From: a virus
Taxonomy: Duplodnaviria > Caudoviricetes
Virus record (IMG/VR): IMGVR_UViG_3300022666_000338
Coordinates: 1-26,417 of that record
Length of the DNA: 26,417 nt
Strand: one strand, 5' to 3'
The position numbers and the translations under genes were made by a program. Below are positions 1 through 8,514 of the stretch, piece by piece. The notes below the pieces were generated by a model. It was not told where the DNA came from. It did no database searches and was given only the letters and a program-made list of their open reading frames with translations. How positions within the stretch are numbered: position 1 is the first letter of the stretch; every line of letters starts with the position of its first letter.

Positions 1-4
1 GATT

Positions 5-205
5 ATGATGCAACAACTTTTCCAAGAAAAAAAAATTAATCAATCCGCTGAACTCTCCGCTGAGATAAGAGAACAGCTTTTAATATCTCGTCGCATGGTA
101 AAGAATTTGCGCGAGCAACAACTATCAGAAGGTAAGGATAGATCTTTGAATACCAACATTCTCAAGATTAGACCGAACACGTCTCCTGCTAGTTTGTCGC
201 ATTAA
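5..205 (+). CDS. Hypothetical protein, possibly the 3' end of a flanking gene entering from the left edge
   Basis: AT-rich ORF converging on and overlapping the hub gene end. The frame is open to the window edge; no recognisable motif. Confidence 0.3.
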   Translation: MMQQLFQEKKINQSAELSAEIREQLLISRRMVKNLREQQLSEGKDRSLNTNILKIRPNTSPASLSH

Positions 206-1265
206 ATTCTGTTCCGAACACATCATTAATATCCGCAAGATGGAGCACCGCTAAACATCCGTCGTACTCCACCCGCTGAATTCGCAATACCTGACCGGAA
301 AGAATTGATGATGCTCCGCTTTTCACGTTCACGATCTTTACCGTATCGCCAGGCAAAATCGTCTCGATGGCGTAATTCGCATTAACAGTGATTTGAGTTT
401 TGGTGAATGGACTTTTCAATCTCGCCACCTCCCCATTGCCCTTTGAATCCGCCGAACCGCTATTCTGAATTCCTGAGTCAGACAATGCCTCGTCTCGGTG
501 GCCATACGACGCCTGGCTCGTAGCATCCGAGTAGACGGCATATGTGGGTCCGCTCCCCCAACCCAGCCGCGCGAGGTTCTTCACATCCAAGATAGATTTG
601 CCAGTTTGGATTGAATCGACATTTTTTCCGAGCGCGAGCGTGTGCGTTGCGGTTACGTCAGAATATTGCTGGAGGTCAATCTGCCCGTTTGCGCGAACGC
701 GCCAATACCAAGTCGCATCCAGAAAATCAAACGCGGATCCGAGAGCTTCGAGATGAGTCTTTTGCACGAAGTTCACGGAAACCGACAAGGCTGGGTTTCC
801 CAGATTCTTTGAGAAAAACGTACCATGAACGGAATTGAGGTCATCGATCGCATCTGAAAACATCGTGTCAACGTCAGCGCTCGCGTAGCTCACGGTGTAA
901 GCCGTGCCGACCCAAAATGCGTTGCCGATCAGCGCATCGATTGGGAAAATCCTTAACGAGGCATGATTGCTGTACGCGTCATACATCGCGTTCGCTTCGA
1001 TGATGTGTCCTTGGTAAACCAAAAGCCCTCCTGGGTTCGCGTCATTCACGATATAGACTCGCACGAGGTCAAAAAGATTGATCGTGGAACCATATCCGAA
1101 GCTGTCCCAGGGCAGGGCAAGATCGATCGTGATCTCCCCTGCCGGTTTGTTTACCTCGCGTACGATTCTCGGAACAGATAATAGAATTCCGGAATCCAAA
1201 ACCCTGCGGAAGGTGACCCCGTTGCTCGAATATACTTTCGCAAAGAATTTTGCCGCAGTCGGCAT
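189..1265 (-). CDS. Tail tip / baseplate hub (Tal-like) protein
   Basis: 358 aa, last gene of the tail module. Hub-like features: DATSQASYGHRDEALSD, ILPGDTVKIV, LRIQRVEY. Confidence 0.7.
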   Translation of the reverse strand: MPTAAKFFAKVYSSNGVTFRRVLDSGILLSVPRIVREVNKPAGEITIDLALPWDSFGYGSTINLFDLVRVYIVNDANPGGLLVYQGHIIEANAMYDAYSNHASLRIFPIDALIGNAFWVGTAYTVSYASADVDTMFSDAIDDLNSVHGTFFSKNLGNPALSVSVNFVQKTHLEALGSAFDFLDATWYWRVRANGQIDLQQYSDVTATHTLALGKNVDSIQTGKSILDVKNLARLGWGSGPTYAVYSDATSQASYGHRDEALSDSGIQNSGSADSKGNGEVARLKSPFTKTQITVNANYAIETILPGDTVKIVNVKSGASSILSGQVLRIQRVEYDGCLAVLHLADINDVFGTEFNATN

Positions 1266-1271
1266 ACGCCT

Positions 1272-2792
1272 TTATGTTTTGATGATGTAGTTGAACGTGT
1301 TATACGGTTGAAGGTTGTTGTGCGCTCCGCCGCTTCCAGCAGAACCTGATGTCCAACCTCCTGAATTTTGAGCCGTCGCAGGCGGATAACCACCAGACGT
1401 TCCAGATGCGCCAGGAATGTTGTGAGTGTGCGAAGGCATTTCCGTTGTCGTGAGCGTGTGCGTCTTTTCGCCACCTGTTTTGCCCAGCGTATTGAATTCA
1501 GTTTGTCCGGAATCATAGCCAGCCGGTACGTTCCCCTTCATATTCGGCAAATTGAAGGTTGTGGAACCATCACCCGTTCCATAAGCCGTACTGATCGCCG
1601 CGAATAGTGCTGAATATGTCGTTCTTGAGACTGCAGTTCCATCGCACAAAAGCCATCCTGATGGGACTGATGATCCGCCGAATGGAACCATGACTCCTGC
1701 CGGCAAACCTGACGCAGCGGTGGGTGAAGCCTGGAATCCTTGCGTGACTTTCGTCAGATCCCATTTGCTATCCGTCCCGTGAAAACGAAACTCCAAATAA
1801 TCGACTGCGGACACGGCTGACGTGACCGCGTACGAAGCAATGTCGTTAGAGAAGCGCGTCCCGCCCGCAGTATTTAATGCGATCGTTTTTGCAGATGACG
1901 CATGCTGTCTAAAACGGATGAAGTACGATTCACCATCCATGCCGTTTTGCCATGTTACCTGCGTGATATTTTCTGTAAGCGTGCATTCAAAAAAGTTTGC
2001 CGCCGAACAGTCGCATGTCAACACGCCTCCCGACGAGGATACGGATGCGGTCACGATGTTTAAGTACCGAACATTCCCCGAGCTGTCACGCGTGTACCAT
2101 CCCCCGTTCTTTGTCCAAAGGAAAAGGTATCCAGACGGAGGATTCACGCTGGGCGCATTCGTAACCTGTTTAATAAGCTCGATGTCGACGGCCTTGTTTA
2201 CGGATTGGTTGAATTCGAAGCCCGAGGCCGTAACGGTTCCCGCTGCCGGCAATCCGTCTCCGAGCAATGTGATGGTCGTATTCGGAGCTCCGTACGAAAC
2301 GGCAGTAATGAGCGCCCGATACCAAGTGCTTGATACCTTGAACAGATACACGCGTCCGACGGTGAAGATGGCAGTCTTGTCACCGCTGATCGTGTGGCTT
2401 GTGGCGGACGCGATCGTCGTAACGGCTGTTTGGACGATATAGCCACCATCGTCGAGCGTCGCGAGATAATCCTGTAATTGGTCGTAGTGCGCTTTGGTGA
2501 GATGGATTTCGATAAGCGAACCCGCAGCATGCGTGGCCGCCGTGGTTCCGTTATACCCGCGCGTATCGATCGTGCAGGTAATCGTTCCGCCTGTGATGGA
2601 AAGTCCAGACAGCAGAATTTGCTCCTGTTCGATTGTGATGACCGCCTTATGCGTGGAAGGCATGTTCCACGATTGCGTTCCGAGCACGGACGATGAGGAG
2701 CCTGTGAAGGTTCCGGCGGAAAGCGATGATAGGAGCTGGGCGTCGAGCAGGAACGACGCGCGGTCCAAGACGTAAAGTTTTTGGTATGACAT
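1272..2792 (-). CDS. Tail fibre protein with C-terminal phage tail collar domain
   Basis: Collar signature PAGVMVPFGGSSVPSGWLLCDGTAVSRTTYSALFAAI...FNLPNMKG, GGEKTHTLTTTEMPSHTH, HNNLQPY..FNYIIKT. Ser/Thr/Gly-rich. Confidence 0.9.
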   Translation of the reverse strand: MSYQKLYVLDRASFLLDAQLLSSLSAGTFTGSSSSVLGTQSWNMPSTHKAVITIEQEQILLSGLSITGGTITCTIDTRGYNGTTAATHAAGSLIEIHLTKAHYDQLQDYLATLDDGGYIVQTAVTTIASATSHTISGDKTAIFTVGRVYLFKVSSTWYRALITAVSYGAPNTTITLLGDGLPAAGTVTASGFEFNQSVNKAVDIELIKQVTNAPSVNPPSGYLFLWTKNGGWYTRDSSGNVRYLNIVTASVSSSGGVLTCDCSAANFFECTLTENITQVTWQNGMDGESYFIRFRQHASSAKTIALNTAGGTRFSNDIASYAVTSAVSAVDYLEFRFHGTDSKWDLTKVTQGFQASPTAASGLPAGVMVPFGGSSVPSGWLLCDGTAVSRTTYSALFAAISTAYGTGDGSTTFNLPNMKGNVPAGYDSGQTEFNTLGKTGGEKTHTLTTTEMPSHTHNIPGASGTSGGYPPATAQNSGGWTSGSAGSGGAHNNLQPYNTFNYIIKT

Positions 2793-2793
2793 A

Positions 2794-3645
2794 TCAGAAA
2801 TAGCGTGAGTAATGGACTTCAGTCACCGCGATCGAGTAGCCCGATCCAGTGAGCGTTATCTTGAAAGAATTCAGACCCGAAATAATCTTCGGCAGGATGC
2901 CCGTGTAATCGATATCGGAACCGTTCTTCGTCACGCGCTTATTCTCCCCGTCGATGACGATCTGGTCGCCGTTCGTAAAGCTTCCCGAGATGATGAGTTT
3001 GTCTCCGTTCGTCGAGTTCTCCCATGTAATTTGCGAAACGGTTCCCGCAGTAACTAGCGTGAGATACGCGACTGAATCAGCTTCAGCGGTTCCTGCATTC
3101 GTGAATCCCATGACCGTCGGGGATGCGGTGATCGGCGTCGGAACATCGGTGGTCGTGCGGAGCTGATCTCTTCCGAACGGTTGGAGCGCGACCAGTTCGA
3201 TTTCGAACGGGCACATGGTCATATGGTAGTGGTCGCGTTCTTGGAACATCCGATCAAGGCCGATTCCGTAGCACTCGTAGTAGCGATACGAGCCAGCCCA
3301 CGGGATTTTGAGTACGCCTCCGAACACGGACAGGTTCTGGCGCATCGCGTCCATCCTCGTTTCCATCTCCGTCCGGCTCGAACCCTTTACCGTCCCGCGC
3401 AAAACGATGTGCGTCTCGCGCCAATACGCGGTCTCGGCATAGCCTCCCTGCGCGCGCGGGTACGCGCGTTTCTGGAGATCGAGGATCGGAGCCGATACCT
3501 TCACGAATCTGGTTCTGATGTTCGTGTTTTGCAGGCCGTAATTATTGAAAACGATATCGTCCGTGGATCCTGAGGGCGGTGACGGCGAAAGGCCGTCCCA
3601 GAGAGCGGTATCGAGTCTCGCGGAGTCAAGCTGGTAAACGGACAT
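2794..3645 (-). CDS. Distal tail protein (Dit)-like
   Basis: 283 aa directly after the TMP. Motifs ELVALQPFG, NAGTAEA, GDQIVIDGENKRVTKNG, ISGLNSFKI are typical of siphophage Dit. Confidence 0.8.
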   Translation of the reverse strand: MSVYQLDSARLDTALWDGLSPSPPSGSTDDIVFNNYGLQNTNIRTRFVKVSAPILDLQKRAYPRAQGGYAETAYWRETHIVLRGTVKGSSRTEMETRMDAMRQNLSVFGGVLKIPWAGSYRYYECYGIGLDRMFQERDHYHMTMCPFEIELVALQPFGRDQLRTTTDVPTPITASPTVMGFTNAGTAEADSVAYLTLVTAGTVSQITWENSTNGDKLIISGSFTNGDQIVIDGENKRVTKNGSDIDYTGILPKIISGLNSFKITLTGSGYSIAVTEVHYSRYF

Positions 3646-3646
3646 A

Positions 3647-5971
3647 TTACATTTGGGCCGCTAGGCCGTAGCGGTTGCCTTGCAGGACTTTCGCGAGCTC
3701 CTTCGCGACCGTACGCGCAAGCCTCGTCTCGTCGGCCTGATTCGAAACGTTCACGGTCGCGCCCTCCATGATGGAAACCGATACAGGCTGGGAAAGCTGT
3801 CCAGAGTTTCCCCTGAGCGGAATGACTGCTTCCGGACCGGATTCGCCGATCAATGCGATGGTCGGCTTCGTGACGATTCCGCCCGATGCGAGATGGGTTT
3901 GCGGAATGACCGCAGCCGATCCAGATGGCGCAGATTTGATGGCGTTCTGAGCGTTTTGGATGGCTTGTACCGTGGCCTGGACTTGGGCTTCGATCGCTAC
4001 CAGCTCCGCGTGCTTTGCCTTCGACTCGGCAATGATCTTGTCGTATCCGTCTTTGTATTCCTGCAACAACAAATCGAACCGGTGCGCGGTCTCTTCTTTC
4101 AAGCGCTCGGTCTGCTTCTTGTGCTCGTTTTCCTCTTTCTGCATGTCGACCTTGAGCGCGGCCATCTTCTGATCGAAAGCGATCTTGTCCTGCTGTTTTT
4201 CGTCTTCGTATTTCAAACGCAACCGTTCGAGATCGGTCGTCGTGCGGAATTTTTCCGCATCCGCCTTGAGGGAAGCGTATTGGTTGACGATGGCCTGCTC
4301 CGCGTCGAGCTGTTTCTGGATTTCCGTGATTCGAGATTGCAATACCTTCTGTCTGTCCGCGTCATCCGTCTTTTGCAGGTCGTCCTTCAGGCTTGCTAAG
4401 TCCTTTTGCGATTGGGCGAGCTTGTCTTGGTGGGACATGAACAGCTGGAGCTGCTCGTCCTGGTATTGTTTTTGCTTGTCGGCGGTCGATTTGGCAAAGT
4501 CGCTTTGCAGCTGCGCCATCTTGGACGCGATATCCGCAATCTTCTGGTTGTACGTATCGAGCTGGTCGGAAGATTTTTGCGTGTAGTCGCGAATGAGCTC
4601 GCTGAGCTTCGTCTGCGTCTGCTTCGCGTCGTCCTTGATTTTAGATAAGGCGTCGGACGCTTTTGACGCGCCTTGCGAAGCTCCGCCGCCGATCGCGTCG
4701 GTTATCTGTTGTTTCACGATCGGCGCTGCGTCTTCGATGGGTCTGAATCCCTGCTGGATAACGCCCTCCTTCATGGCCTCCCCCGCTTTGATAAATGCGG
4801 AGTCCATATCGGTCGCGAATGCGCCGATGGTGTTGTTGACCTGCTTGACCGATGCGTGGAAGCCAGAAAAGTCGAACGCGTTCGAGGCGCGCGCCATTGC
4901 GTCTCTCGCTCCCTCGAAGTCCCCCGTGAGCGCCTTTGCCAACGCGGAGTATACGTTCTGTCCGATTTCTCCGATCCTTTGGAATGACTTGGCGACATCC
5001 GTTGCAAACGCGACCGCTTCGATGGCTCCGCCTACAAGCACGCTCGCAAGGGCGAGTACCGCGTAGCCCACGCCTTCCAAAACATAACCAGCTGCCTTCG
5101 CGCCTGAAGCGAGGCTGTAAAAACTGCGCGACCACGTATCGTTCTTCGAGGTAGCGGTTTGCGCCGACTTCGCAGCCGCGACCGCGTCGTTCACGAACAG
5201 ATCCATGGCCGGCAACACCGTCTTGCCGATGTTCTCTTGGATTTCGTGGAGCGAATTGTCGAGCTGCTTTATCTTTCCTTGATATGTATTGGCCGCAGCC
5301 GCTGCGGATCCGCCAAACTCCTTTGAGAGCTCAGCCAAGATGAGCTTCTGGGCTTCCATGGTCTTCCCCGCTTTTTCAAGCGTTTGGATTTGTTCCTTCT
5401 GCTGTTCAGTAAAGGAAACGCCGATGCGCGTGAGCGCCGTGAGTCCTTCCGCCGGATTGTTGAGCGCCTTGCCGAGCTGGATAACGGATGAATGCAGATC
5501 ACTGCCCATGGCCGTACTTACGTTGAGCGCGGCTTGGATCGCGTCAGGAAAAACCTGCTTGCTCACTTTGGTGAACGTCAGCATCAGGTTTTCTCCCGCG
5601 AGCACTTGGTCTTTGCTGAAGGTCGTGAGATTCGACATCTGTCCGGCAAGGTCATTCGCCGCCTGGGCGGTGACGCCGGCCGCCATTCCAGTGGATTTCA
5701 AAACCGCCGAGAGCTGGGCTTGGGTGGCCTCCGCTTCCTCGGCTGCCGTGACGGTTCCTTTCAAAAAATCACCAAGGGCGTTGAACGCCGAACTGGCAGC
5801 GTTTGCCGCGAGATTGCCCAGTCCGATCGCGCCGACAAGTTTTCCGAACCCCATTCCGGACGAATCGGTGGCCGTTGAGACGCCGCGCAAGTCGTTTTCG
5901 AGCGACTTCAATTGCCCCGTCGCATTGTTCGACGCTTCGATAGCGATTTGGAGCTTAGCGTTTATGGCCAT
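3647..5971 (-). CDS. Tail tape measure protein
   Basis: 774 aa, Ala-rich helical/coiled-coil protein. QLGKALNNPAEGLTALTRIGV core and C-terminal LASGGIVTKPTIALIGESGPEAVIPL; follows the tail chaperone. Confidence 0.93.
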   Translation of the reverse strand: MAINAKLQIAIEASNNATGQLKSLENDLRGVSTATDSSGMGFGKLVGAIGLGNLAANAASSAFNALGDFLKGTVTAAEEAEATQAQLSAVLKSTGMAAGVTAQAANDLAGQMSNLTTFSKDQVLAGENLMLTFTKVSKQVFPDAIQAALNVSTAMGSDLHSSVIQLGKALNNPAEGLTALTRIGVSFTEQQKEQIQTLEKAGKTMEAQKLILAELSKEFGGSAAAAANTYQGKIKQLDNSLHEIQENIGKTVLPAMDLFVNDAVAAAKSAQTATSKNDTWSRSFYSLASGAKAAGYVLEGVGYAVLALASVLVGGAIEAVAFATDVAKSFQRIGEIGQNVYSALAKALTGDFEGARDAMARASNAFDFSGFHASVKQVNNTIGAFATDMDSAFIKAGEAMKEGVIQQGFRPIEDAAPIVKQQITDAIGGGASQGASKASDALSKIKDDAKQTQTKLSELIRDYTQKSSDQLDTYNQKIADIASKMAQLQSDFAKSTADKQKQYQDEQLQLFMSHQDKLAQSQKDLASLKDDLQKTDDADRQKVLQSRITEIQKQLDAEQAIVNQYASLKADAEKFRTTTDLERLRLKYEDEKQQDKIAFDQKMAALKVDMQKEENEHKKQTERLKEETAHRFDLLLQEYKDGYDKIIAESKAKHAELVAIEAQVQATVQAIQNAQNAIKSAPSGSAAVIPQTHLASGGIVTKPTIALIGESGPEAVIPLRGNSGQLSQPVSVSIMEGATVNVSNQADETRLARTVAKELAKVLQGNRYGLAAQM

Positions 5972-6457
5972 GGGTTAGGAGGTATAAAAAGTCTTCAACG
6001 ACATCGGCGGGCGCGTCCTCAAGATCCCGCCACGTCCAACCGAGTTCGCGGCAGAGCAGGAACGCCTCGATCCTTCGGCTCGCGAGGGCGAGATCGCGCT
6101 CGGATATGAGCAGAGCGGAACCTCGTCCCTCGACAAGGTGCTCTAACGCACTTTTGGGCCGTCATCAGGCTTAGAACGGAATCCGATGGCTTGAAGGGCT
6201 TGATCAAGCAGGTTCTCCCCTTCCTCGGCGGTGAGGTTGTTCTCAAGCGATTCCTTCGTGATCGGGTCCGCGAATGACCAAGCGGTCACGAATTTCGCGA
6301 GCAGGGTCGCCGACCAATCGTTGAGCAAGCTCGGATCCACCGTCTCGCCTTCTTTGGCTTTGGCGTACGGACTTGCTTCCTGCATCCGACGGCGTTCGCC
6401 CCAGCTGAATGAGTCTTTGACTTCCGCCCATTGGGCGTTTGAGAGGTTGATACGCAT
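5955..6457 (-). CDS. Tail assembly chaperone frameshift product (gpGT-like, about 167 aa) via -1 shift at 6152-6158
   Basis: The -1 frame after CCCAAAA is open for 65 codons: SALEHLVEGRGSALLISERDLALASRRIEAFLLCRELGWTWRDLEDAPADVVEDFLYLLTHGHKR*. It overlaps the TMP start and is not in the ORF track. Confidence 0.85.
6143..6457 (-). CDS. Tail assembly chaperone (lambda gpG-like)
   Basis: 104 aa just upstream of the TMP, ending in an in-frame slippery heptamer C CCA AAA. Confidence 0.8.
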   Translation of the reverse strand: MRINLSNAQWAEVKDSFSWGERRRMQEASPYAKAKEGETVDPSLLNDWSATLLAKFVTAWSFADPITKESLENNLTAEEGENLLDQALQAIGFRSKPDDGPKVR

Positions 6458-6507
6458 ATATCTGAAGCATATTCAAAAGACCGCTTTGCAAGCGGTCTTT
6501 GTCCACA
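6458..6507 (-). promoter_or_regulatory. Late-promoter-like motif copy E (upstream of the tail chaperone/TMP block)
   Basis: Minus strand: TGTGGACAA-N27-TATGCT-N8-ATG. Confidence 0.7.
6472..6500 (-). terminator. Intrinsic terminator-like hairpin after the ImmA/membrane cassette
   Basis: Minus strand AAAGACCGCT-TGCAA-AGCGGTCTTT-TGAA: 10-bp perfect stem ending in a T run, just after the stop at 6513. Confidence 0.7.
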
Positions 6508-6512
6508 TGTAA

Positions 6513-6836
6513 TTATTTTCCTTGGGGCTTTATCCCTGATCGTTCATAAACCATGCTAGAGAAAAAGCCAAAAATCCAAGTTGCGGCAGCTCCGCCCATA
6601 GCTTTGACGTCATCAATCTTCCCCAAGGCGCAGAGATAAATGATGAACCCAACAAAGCATATGGCAAGCAAAATTGGCGCCCATACGATAAAGCGTTTCA
6701 AGACCAGTGTCTTCACATCTTCAATACCCTGCTTGCGTTCATGCTCGCGTTCAGTAGCATCGTATTTTAGCCTCTTGTTCAAATCTTGATCATTGACGAA
6801 GCTGCCTTTCCTTGGATTAATCTTCTTGCGCGCCAT
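6513..6836 (-). CDS. Small membrane protein (107 aa, two predicted hydrophobic helices), moron-like
   Basis: Start re-called at MARKKINP (6836) to avoid overlap with the upstream gene. Hydrophobic FIVWAPILLAICFVGFIIYLCAL and GGAAATWIFGFFSSMVY; lower GC. Confidence 0.7.
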   Translation of the reverse strand: MARKKINPRKGSFVNDQDLNKRLKYDATEREHERKQGIEDVKTLVLKRFIVWAPILLAICFVGFIIYLCALGKIDDVKAMGGAAATWIFGFFSSMVYERSGIKPQGK

Positions 6837-6858
6837 ATCATTCGGGTCTGTTATGCAT

Positions 6859-7383
6859 CTAGAAAAGAACTTCGCCGAATAGTGTCTTGGCGCGGATGGT
6901 TGCAGCTGCAGGAGAAACGCCAAACTTTTCCGCCACTTCCTCAATAGCATTAGCGTGTTCAAATGCAATCCGGAACTGTTGGGCTGGCATCAATATTTCC
7001 GCAGCAATTGAATTTGCCTCCCATTCCATTTTTCGTTCAGCTTCTGACATGAGACGGTCAGCACGCTGCAAAACTTTCTCACCATTTACGGGCTGAACGA
7101 TGAAGTCAAGGTGTTCTTCCTCAGCATCAAGAAGGTTTTTGTGTTTTACGAAATGAGCGATCTCGTGAGCGATCGTGAAGCGCTGTCTATTCGCAGGATG
7201 TCGCTCATTGATGTAAATCACGTAATGGTCATCCTCTTTTTTAATCATTCCGGACTGACGATCCTCCAAATCACCCGTAAGATACACGTCTAAATTAAAA
7301 TCCCTCGCCAAAGCAGCCACCGGAAATGGAACTTGCCCGGCGTACTTGTCCAGTTTTTCCTGGAGTGTTTCTGGGATTTTCAT
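6859..7383 (-). CDS. ImmA/IrrE-family Zn metallopeptidase
   Basis: RQRFTIAHEIAH (HExxH), EWEANSIAAEILMP and C-terminal VAEKFGVS. No N-terminal Xre HTH. ATG at 7383 preferred; TTG at 7404 possible. Confidence 0.9.
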   Translation of the reverse strand: MKIPETLQEKLDKYAGQVPFPVAALARDFNLDVYLTGDLEDRQSGMIKKEDDHYVIYINERHPANRQRFTIAHEIAHFVKHKNLLDAEEEHLDFIVQPVNGEKVLQRADRLMSEAERKMEWEANSIAAEILMPAQQFRIAFEHANAIEEVAEKFGVSPAAATIRAKTLFGEVLF

Positions 7384-7442
7384 ACGCTTCAACCTTATCA
7401 GCAAAGCAAGCCTAAATCCAGCATTTTGGCAATAATCCGGGG

Positions 7443-8012
7443 TTAAAAAATTTGGCCAAAATACGAAGCAATTCCTTTTGAGGCGGTCTGCGAATTTGTA
7501 TTCATGTCCACCGCATTTGTCACGAATCCCGCCTCTATCAACAAAGCGAGCGGAGTCGTATCCCGCACCATTCCAATCCTGCCGAATCGACCATCCCTGT
7601 CGTCGAACGCTCCCCCGTTCCAGATTGGAACGCCCGTAGCCTGCGAGTACGCCTGCGAAAGTTTGATAGCTTCCAGGCGTGCAGACTCAGATCCTCCCAT
7701 GAAGCAAGTCGTGACGCCTCGAACGTTGGAATTGGTCGCGGCGTTTCCATGGATCGAGAGCAGCAGGTCGGATGGTTTTGATCTCGCATTGATCCATTTG
7801 ATTCGTTGTACGAGATTATTGTTTGCGGATAGCTCGATAAGGAAATTCGTCGGGACCGGAACGAGCGTCCAACCCTTCTTGACGCAAAGCGCCTGGAGCA
7901 TCGGCTGAAGCGATGCCCAGATCGCGCGATTCCAATCCACCTCAGCCTTGATGCCCACGGCGCCAGGCCAGCGCTTGGAGTGGCCGAGATCGACGAATAG
8001 TTTTCTCTGCAT
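7443..8012 (-). CDS. Endolysin, N-acetylmuramoyl-L-alanine amidase (Amidase_3)
   Basis: Zn/catalytic motifs VDLGH, E(VDWN), LSIHGNA, LIEAGFVTN. Catalytic domain only. Confidence 0.9.
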   Translation of the reverse strand: MQRKLFVDLGHSKRWPGAVGIKAEVDWNRAIWASLQPMLQALCVKKGWTLVPVPTNFLIELSANNNLVQRIKWINARSKPSDLLLSIHGNAATNSNVRGVTTCFMGGSESARLEAIKLSQAYSQATGVPIWNGGAFDDRDGRFGRIGMVRDTTPLALLIEAGFVTNAVDMNTNSQTASKGIASYFGQIF

Positions 8013-8028
8013 ATTGAAACAGACCGCC

Positions 8029-8244
8029 TTAGGAGGCGGTCTTTGCTTCGAGCTCGGCGATTTTGGCGTTCGCTTCTTCGAGCTGTCTGTTCACGGCGCC
8101 GATGACCTGCTGGTCATGTTCTTCGGCGGTCGCGAGTTCGAAACCGTCGTTCAGGTAGCCCTGAAGTTTGGTTTCGAGTGATTCGGCGTCGATGTCGCCG
8201 ATGCGCTCGACGTTCCCGTCCTTCTTGATGAATCGGTAAAGCAT
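8029..8244 (-). CDS. Hypothetical protein (71 aa, C-terminal coiled coil) in the lysis cassette
   Basis: Fills the gap between the holin-like gene and the amidase; QLEEANAKIAELEAK heptads. Confidence 0.7.
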   Translation of the reverse strand: MLYRFIKKDGNVERIGDIDAESLETKLQGYLNDGFELATAEEHDQQVIGAVNRQLEEANAKIAELEAKTAS

Positions 8245-8270
8245 ATGGATGCGGTTAAGGAATAAATGGA

Positions 8271-8513
8271 TTAGTTAGGTGATTTCTGGAGTAGCATGGA
8301 CATGCGTTCGGTCGCTTGGGTGTTGGCCTGCATGTTCTTGTCGATTTCTTTCAGCACTTCCGTCTGCCCCTGGAGGGCTGCAGAAAAACTTTCGATGGCC
8401 GCTCCGTGCTTCTCGAATATTTGCAAGAGCTTCCAACAGATGATTCCGATGACGGCGACTGATCCGAGAGCCGGACCGAGGCTGCCGAGGTCTTTAAGGA
8501 GAGATGGGTCCAT
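8271..8513 (-). CDS. Putative holin (single TM + coiled coil, BhlA-like architecture)
   Basis: N-terminal hydrophobic LGPALGSVAVIGIICWKLL followed by an amphipathic helix; upstream of the amidase. Confidence 0.6.
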   Translation of the reverse strand: MDPSLLKDLGSLGPALGSVAVIGIICWKLLQIFEKHGAAIESFSAALQGQTEVLKEIDKNMQANTQATERMSMLLQKSPN

Positions 8514-8514
8514 A

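Noticed and set aside
203-215. Weak similarity TAAATTC-GT-CC between the left end and about 25867 as possible attL/attR
   Set aside because: Too short and mismatched; no integrase or tRNA nearby.
1272-2792. Diversity-generating retroelement target in the fibre gene
   Set aside because: No reverse transcriptase and no template/variable repeat pair noticed in the window.
6019-6246. 75-aa minus-strand ORF between the chaperone and TMP
   Set aside because: Wrong frame; the -1 frameshift frame gives the gpT-like sequence covering this gap.
7382-7391. ATACGCTTCA on the + strand, identical to the -10 part of motifs C and D but in opposite orientation
   Set aside because: No TGTGGATA-like box at the required distance (TGTCCAGT there); treated as coincidence.
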